Below the pieces are notes generated by a model. It was not told the origin of the DNA and ran no database searches. It was given only the letters and a program-made list of their open reading frames with translations. Made by a program: the position numbers and the translations under genes. From positions 6,702 to 66,762 of the forward strand of contig CAZEML010000001.1 in the NCBI GenBank assembly GCA_964513285.1: a stretch of DNA of 60,061 nt, in the 5' to 3' direction. The stretch's first letter is position 1. Each line of letters opens with the position of its first letter. Origin of the DNA: an uncultured Candidatus Nemicrothrix sp. GTDB taxonomy: Bacteria > Actinomycetota > Acidimicrobiia > Acidimicrobiales > Aldehydirespiratoraceae. Below, piece by piece: positions 55,453 to 60,061 of the stretch.

Positions 55453-56406
55453 TCAGAACATCTGGCGGCCAGCGACGGCCGGGGCGTCTGACTCGATCAG
55501 GTTGATCAGCTGCATGCGATCGGCGAACTCCGACGCTTCCGCGATGCCCTTGGCGTAGGTCGCCTTGCGACGGGCGACACGACCGCTGACTTCGCTCGGG
55601 TCGGGCTGGTCGGCCAGGTACTGGGCCTCGATGCCCTCCTGCAGCATGAGCAGCGACTCGCTGCGGAGCTGGCTGATCCGGCTCTCGGTGACGCCGAGGA
55701 AGTCGGCGAGATCCTGCGAGGTGCGACCCTCGAGGAAGTAGCCGACCACGACGAGGCGGTGGCGCTCGGGCAACAGCGAGATCGCGTCACGCAGATAGCC
55801 GTGGAGCTCACGGGTCTCGAGCTCAGCGGACGGTTCGACCGACTGCTCGTCGACCAGGACATCGACCAGGGTGAGGTCCTTTTCGACCTCGTCGGCGGTC
55901 TCGTGCTCGAGGGCGAGGACGACGCTGCGGAACATGCGGTCCTGCAGACGGTTGAGCTCGCTCTGGCTCATGCCGAGGGCGTCGGCCATCTCTTCCTTGT
56001 TCGGCACCCGGCCGAGTTCGGTGGCGAGGCGCTGCTCGGCGTTCTCGAGCTTGCGGGCGAGGTTGCGGACCGAGCGAGGCGCCCAGTCAGCGGCACGGAC
56101 GGCGTCGAGAATGGCGCCCCGGATGCGCTGGGCGGCGAACCGCTCGAAGGGCACGCCGCGGGCCTCGTCGTAGCGACGGGCGGCCTCGACGAGGCCGAGT
56201 GCGCCGGCACGGGCCAGTTCGTCACGATCGACGTGGCGGGGGAAGTGGACCGCCACCTGGAACACGATGTGCTTCACCAGCGGGAGGTTGTCCTCGATCA
56301 TCTCCGCCAGTTCGGGCTCCATCGAGCCCGCACCCTGGGTGGGTCGCACCCGACGCCGACTGGCTCGTGTGCTTCGCATCCGCTGTTCCTGTTCGCCCTG
56401 GTTCAT
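55453..56406 (-). CDS. Group 3 sigma factor, FliA/WhiG family, with ~60-aa C-terminal extension
   Basis: Region 2 DNLPLVKHIVFQVAVHFPRHVDRDELARAGALGLVEAARRYD, region 3 KLENAEQRLATELGRVPNKEEMADALG, region 4.2 SQDLADFLGVTESRISQLRSESLLMLQ. Start at Met39 of the track ORF; Met67 is also possible. Confidence 0.8.
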   Translation of the reverse strand: MNQGEQEQRMRSTRASRRRVRPTQGAGSMEPELAEMIEDNLPLVKHIVFQVAVHFPRHVDRDELARAGALGLVEAARRYDEARGVPFERFAAQRIRGAILDAVRAADWAPRSVRNLARKLENAEQRLATELGRVPNKEEMADALGMSQSELNRLQDRMFRSVVLALEHETADEVEKDLTLVDVLVDEQSVEPSAELETRELHGYLRDAISLLPERHRLVVVGYFLEGRTSQDLADFLGVTESRISQLRSESLLMLQEGIEAQYLADQPDPSEVSGRVARRKATYAKGIAEASEFADRMQLINLIESDAPAVAGRQMF

Positions 56407-56497
56407 CGCCCCGGTATCTCCCTCGGTCGCCGCTGGAGGGACGTCCCCCAACGTTCCAGCAAGAGGGTTCTCGGCGCGTTCCGCGACGAGCTTTAGC

Positions 56498-56518
56498 GAT
56501 TTTCGGAAAATCTTTTCC
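56498..56518. promoter_or_regulatory. Overlapping AT-rich palindromes upstream of the sigma factor gene (candidate operator)
   Basis: GATTTTC-G-GAAAATC (56498-56512, perfect 7-1-7) overlapping GGAAAA-TC-TTTTCC (56505-56518). Lies ~95 nt upstream of the sigma start in a 223-bp intergenic region. Confidence 0.4.
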
Positions 56519-56629
56519 ACTGATCCCGCATCGTCTGGATCTCGCTGAAACTTCGGCGGAGAAGCCGGCGACCTTTACGGCCAATTCGGCTCATCTTCCA
56601 CCACATCGAACGGCCCAGTCGGGGCTGGG

Positions 56630-57622
56630 TCAGACGAAGGTGGAGACGCCCTCGAACCGGACGGGCTTCACGCCGCGGCTGGCGAGCGTGCGCAGTACGC
56701 CGACCGTGTCGGAGACCGCCGCGAGCCCATCGGCACCGGGACCGAGATCGCCGGCCAAGGCATGCAGCGTCGCGGTCGCGGCCATCGCCCCGGCCGCCAC
56801 CGCCGGGCGCTCGATCGCGCCGTAGACCGAGACCCGCCGCTCGATGCCGACTCGACCGCGCAGCTCGACTCGGATCGCCCCGATCCCGCCCTCGGGATGC
56901 GGGCGACGAAGCATCGGCAACGGCGCCGTGAGCCGGTCGTTGCGAGTCGCCGCCTGCCGGGCCGTGACCCGCTGCACCCGGTCGAAGTGCGGGACGATCA
57001 GAAGCGCATCGGGAAGCGCGGCCCGATAGCAATCGCGACCACCGACCGGATCGGGGAACCACGCCAGCTCGCGACCGGATCCACCCGCACGCCGAGTCCA
57101 GCGCCCGTCCCGCCAATCGATGCCGGTCGAGCTCAGCGCACGGTGATGCTGACGAGCGCACGCCGGACCACCGGTGCCCACCTTGGCGACGTGGATCTCC
57201 TCGATCTCGTCGTACTCGCGAGCGCCGTGGCGGGCGAGCAGACAGGTCAGACCCGGCATGAACCCGGCACCGACGACCACGGGCACCTCGCGGTAGCGAG
57301 CCTCGTCGTCGAGGGTCAGGAGTCGGCGGACCTCAGAGGTCTGATTGGAAGTGGTGACGACCGGGACACCTTCGTGCACGGCTCGTCGGGCGAGCCCGAC
57401 CTGGGTGCCCGGTGGACTGGCGATCACGACCGCATCGGGCGACCCGGTGATGCGCCGACCCAGCCCCGGCTGCGCACCGTCGCCGAGTGAATCGAGCAGG
57501 CGTCGCAGCCGCTCGGCATTGGGATCGCGGATCTCGAGCTCCTCGACCTCGCCGCTGGAGCGCAGCTGACGGGCGATCCGGGCACCGGTCGCGCCGGCAC
57601 CGAAGAGCAGGACCCGGCTCAT
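56630..57622 (-). CDS. Saccharopine dehydrogenase-like NAD(P)-binding protein
   Basis: Start MSRVLLFGAGATGARIARQL (Rossmann GxGxxG) at 57622. ~330 aa. Domain call is tentative. Confidence 0.5.
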   Translation of the reverse strand: MSRVLLFGAGATGARIARQLRSSGEVEELEIRDPNAERLRRLLDSLGDGAQPGLGRRITGSPDAVVIASPPGTQVGLARRAVHEGVPVVTTSNQTSEVRRLLTLDDEARYREVPVVVGAGFMPGLTCLLARHGAREYDEIEEIHVAKVGTGGPACARQHHRALSSTGIDWRDGRWTRRAGGSGRELAWFPDPVGGRDCYRAALPDALLIVPHFDRVQRVTARQAATRNDRLTAPLPMLRRPHPEGGIGAIRVELRGRVGIERRVSVYGAIERPAVAAGAMAATATLHALAGDLGPGADGLAAVSDTVGVLRTLASRGVKPVRFEGVSTFV

Positions 57623-57827
57623 CAGCGGAGATCGTCGCCGCGCAGCTCTCGCCAACCACCGGTCTGGGGTGGGATGCCGCCGCTGCCGCGGACCCGGATC
57701 GCCGCAGCGACCGCGACCCCGGCGCCGATGGCGACGAGGGTCCGTCTCGCCAGAGTGATGAGTCCTCCGCCCACGGGCGCCTCCCAACTCGGCACGGGCA
57801 CGCTCCGGTGATCCGGAGGGTGCAGCG

Positions 57828-57901
<74 letters not shown>

Positions 57902-57916
57902 GTGCGGCGGACAACG

Positions 57917-58738
57917 CTACCGGTCGTCGTCGCCGTTGGCCACCTCGTCGATCGGCTGGTCGTCGGATTCGACCAACTCGCTCAACCGGGGCTCAGCGGC
58001 GTGCGCTGCGCTCTCGGCGGTCGCCAGGATCGGAATGTCGTCGCCGACGACATTGGTCTCCGACGCCGGCTCGGGGGGCATCGCGTCGGGGAGCGGTGGC
58101 GGGCCCGTCGGCTGCGGACCGGCGCCGACCGGAGGTTGACCGGTCGGTCGCATCCCCCGGCGAGGGCGAAGGCGCTTGGGCCGAGGGCGAGCGGTTTCCT
58201 CTTCGACGACGGTGAACCGCACGCCACCGGTGATGTCGGAGATGAGGTTGAACAGCACCGCCATCAACACCGTGAAGCCGGCGCCGGCGACGACGAGCAC
58301 AAGACCACCGATCGCGGACGCCCGGAAGATCTGGTCGGCGTTGAACGTGAAGCTCTCGAGCGCGAAGAGTTCGGTGATGAAGGTCTCGATGTTGTCGACC
58401 GTGCCGGAGCTGACGGCGAGGCTCCAGAGCATCACGCCGGCGATCAGCAAGATGACCCACAGGCAGAAGTAGAAGATCAGCGCGACCTTGAGCACCGACC
58501 AGGGCTCGACGTGGCGAACCAGGCGGCGGACCTTGCGGGCCCGCAGGCGGCCGGCGGTGCGCCGATCGCGCAGTGACGGCCGGGCCACGGGACGAGGGCC
58601 GACGGGGGCAAGCACGGGACCGGTCGCGGCGGGAGCGGCGGCAGGAAGGGGCGCATCCGGCGAATCGCCGGGCAGCACGAGTTCCTCGCCGGTGGCGAGC
58701 CGGAAGGCGTCGTCGTCGAGTTCGGGGAGATCGCTCAT
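57917..58738 (-). CDS. DUF3566 transmembrane protein
   Basis: Start MSDLPELDD at 58738. Core KVRRLVRHVEPWSVLKVALIFYFCLWVILLIAGVMLW...FNLISDITGGVRFTV matches the conserved actinobacterial membrane protein found after gyrA (Rv0007-like). Followed by tRNA-Ile. Confidence 0.65.
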   Translation of the reverse strand: MSDLPELDDDAFRLATGEELVLPGDSPDAPLPAAAPAATGPVLAPVGPRPVARPSLRDRRTAGRLRARKVRRLVRHVEPWSVLKVALIFYFCLWVILLIAGVMLWSLAVSSGTVDNIETFITELFALESFTFNADQIFRASAIGGLVLVVAGAGFTVLMAVLFNLISDITGGVRFTVVEEETARPRPKRLRPRRGMRPTGQPPVGAGPQPTGPPPLPDAMPPEPASETNVVGDDIPILATAESAAHAAEPRLSELVESDDQPIDEVANGDDDR

Positions 58739-58779
58739 GAGCAGAGAGCAGTGTACGGGACGCGAGTCGGCGCCCCGCT

Positions 58780-59622
58780 TCACCCCACCTCGCCGGCCTC
58801 CACACGGGCCGCGAGCTCGTGGCGCCACCCTTCGAGATTCTTGTAGGTGGCCACGTCGTCGGGCAGGGATCGCAACTCGGCGGCGAGGGTCGTGTCGATC
58901 GTGGAGAGGACCTCGCCGAGCGGCCAGCGATGCACGCGCACGGTGAACACGATGTGGTCGTCGTGGCGCTCCAGGCGCCGAACGGTCTGGCGCTCGGACC
59001 GCAGCCAGAGGCTCCGGGCGGGGTCGTCGGGGAGCCGAGCGGGCGCCTGCCGATCCTCGACCGGCAAGCGGAGGTCGGGCTGGCCGACGAGCGACCAATT
59101 CGGACGCCAGACGATCGATCCTGGGCGCAGGCGATCGAAGAGACGATCGACGGCCGGCGCGATCGTGTCGTACCGCGGGACTGGACCGTGGATCTGCGCC
59201 ATCGACCGGCCGATCTTGGTGGCCGGCGACCATCGGGTCGGGAAGCAGACGACCCCGGCCGTCATCACCCACCCCTCAGGGCGGCGGTGGAGGACGATCA
59301 GATCCTCGTGAACCGCCCGCGCGGCTCGCTCGAGCGGATGCCGGTCGTCGGTGGGCAACGGCGGACGCTCCGCAGCCTGCAGCGCGTCGTCGACCAGCGA
59401 GGCGACCTCAGCCGACGCCGGCTCGGAACCCGACACGGTGACGAAGGCATCGTCGCGGTGGTGCTCGAGGATGTGCGCCTTCTCGGCGAGCTCGGCGTCG
59501 ATGACCGACAGGTCGAACTGCAACCAGTCGGTCGCGTCGGTGCGGCGGGTGGCCGTCCGCCACCGAAACGGCCCGTCATGGAACAGCGCAACGGGAATGA
59601 CCGACGTCAGCGGGAGGCTCAC
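58780..59622 (-). CDS. DUF3445 (heme-dependent oxidative N-demethylase alpha-like) protein
   Basis: GTG start at 59622. VCFPTRWSPATKIGRSMAQIHGPVP is the family signature as I recall it. Confidence 0.55.
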   Translation of the reverse strand: MSLPLTSVIPVALFHDGPFRWRTATRRTDATDWLQFDLSVIDAELAEKAHILEHHRDDAFVTVSGSEPASAEVASLVDDALQAAERPPLPTDDRHPLERAARAVHEDLIVLHRRPEGWVMTAGVVCFPTRWSPATKIGRSMAQIHGPVPRYDTIAPAVDRLFDRLRPGSIVWRPNWSLVGQPDLRLPVEDRQAPARLPDDPARSLWLRSERQTVRRLERHDDHIVFTVRVHRWPLGEVLSTIDTTLAAELRSLPDDVATYKNLEGWRHELAARVEAGEVG

Positions 59623-59626
59623 CCAC

Positions 59627-59950
59627 TCAGTCTGGCCCGCCGAACGGTTGCCACGACGCGGAGGCCGACGCCTCGGCTCGGGCCCGCACCTCGCCGACCC
59701 GCACGACGACCTCGACACCGTCGGCGGTCCGAAGAAAGCGCTCGAGTTCACCACCATTGGCCTCGGCGAGCTCCCGAGCGGCGCGCTCACCGTCTGCCGC
59801 GCCCGCCAGCGCTGCCGCGTCGGCCGCGGTCCGTGCCCGCGCCGAATCGTCGACCACCGGACCGAGGCGTGCCGCGAACGCCACAAGCGCCATCGCCGTC
59901 ATCATCACCAACAAGAGCCAGGGCATCGCCTGACCACGATCGCCACCCAT
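59627..59950 (-). CDS. TadE-like pilus/secretion protein, Rv3654c family
   Basis: MGGDRGQAMPWLLLVMMTAMALVAFAARLG (TM), then ARARTAADAAALAGA...AARELAEANGGEL...VVVRV, the pattern of helicase/secretion-neighbourhood TadE-like proteins. Confidence 0.55.
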   Translation of the reverse strand: MGGDRGQAMPWLLLVMMTAMALVAFAARLGPVVDDSARARTAADAAALAGAADGERAARELAEANGGELERFLRTADGVEVVVRVGEVRARAEASASASWQPFGGPD

Positions 59951-60061
59951 GGCGAATCTCCTTCCCCATCGCCGCACGACGCGGCGGGTTCTCGACGGGG
60001 AAGTCGTTCGCTTTCTGGGACGGACCCGCAGACGCGGGCCGAATCAGGACTCGTCGGTGTC

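Overview
High-GC (roughly 68-70% by eye) chromosomal segment that looks actinobacterial. The lineage guess rests on a furA-katG pair, a DUF3566 membrane protein followed by tRNA-Ile(GAT) as in the gyrA-proximal region of Actinobacteria, an Rv3654c-type TadE-like protein and a WhiG/FliA-type sigma factor. I call 56 protein genes, tightly packed on both strands with many 1-4 nt start/stop overlaps, plus one tRNA. I saw no rRNA, CRISPR array, transposase, integrase or prophage genes. Content is mostly accessory metabolism (GMC oxidoreductase, several Fe(II)/2OG oxygenases and cupins, P450, amidohydrolases, CoA transferase, acetoacetyl-CoA synthetase, GH13 glucosidase) mixed with housekeeping genes (glnS, fba, katG). 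Main points: (1) Four paralogous membrane HD-GYP phosphodiesterases, one upstream of furA-katG and three in tandem downstream. Each has two N-terminal TM helices, an intact cytoplasmic HD-GYP domain, a third TM, a Thr/Pro-rich stalk and a conserved ~150-aa C-terminal domain ending in ...RDQ(L/V)R(I/L)FxPC that I cannot assign to a family. (2) A glutathione peroxidase split in the ORF track by an in-frame TGA exactly at the catalytic position, followed by a hairpin whose apical sequence GCAGGUCUGC matches the E. coli fdhF SECIS, so it is probably a selenoprotein. (3) A translationally coupled pair (145-aa helical protein plus 657-aa protein with no recognisable domain) behind a near-consensus promoter. 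(4) A 1115-aa surface protein: 7-blade propeller, 5 FN3 domains, 3 SLH domains. (5) An alpha/beta-hydrolase fused to a SARP-type DNA-binding regulator. (6) A DEDDh exonuclease-BRCT gene in a GC dip. All family calls come from motif recognition by eye with no database search. Many long ORFs in the track are antisense or off-frame artefacts of the high GC content.
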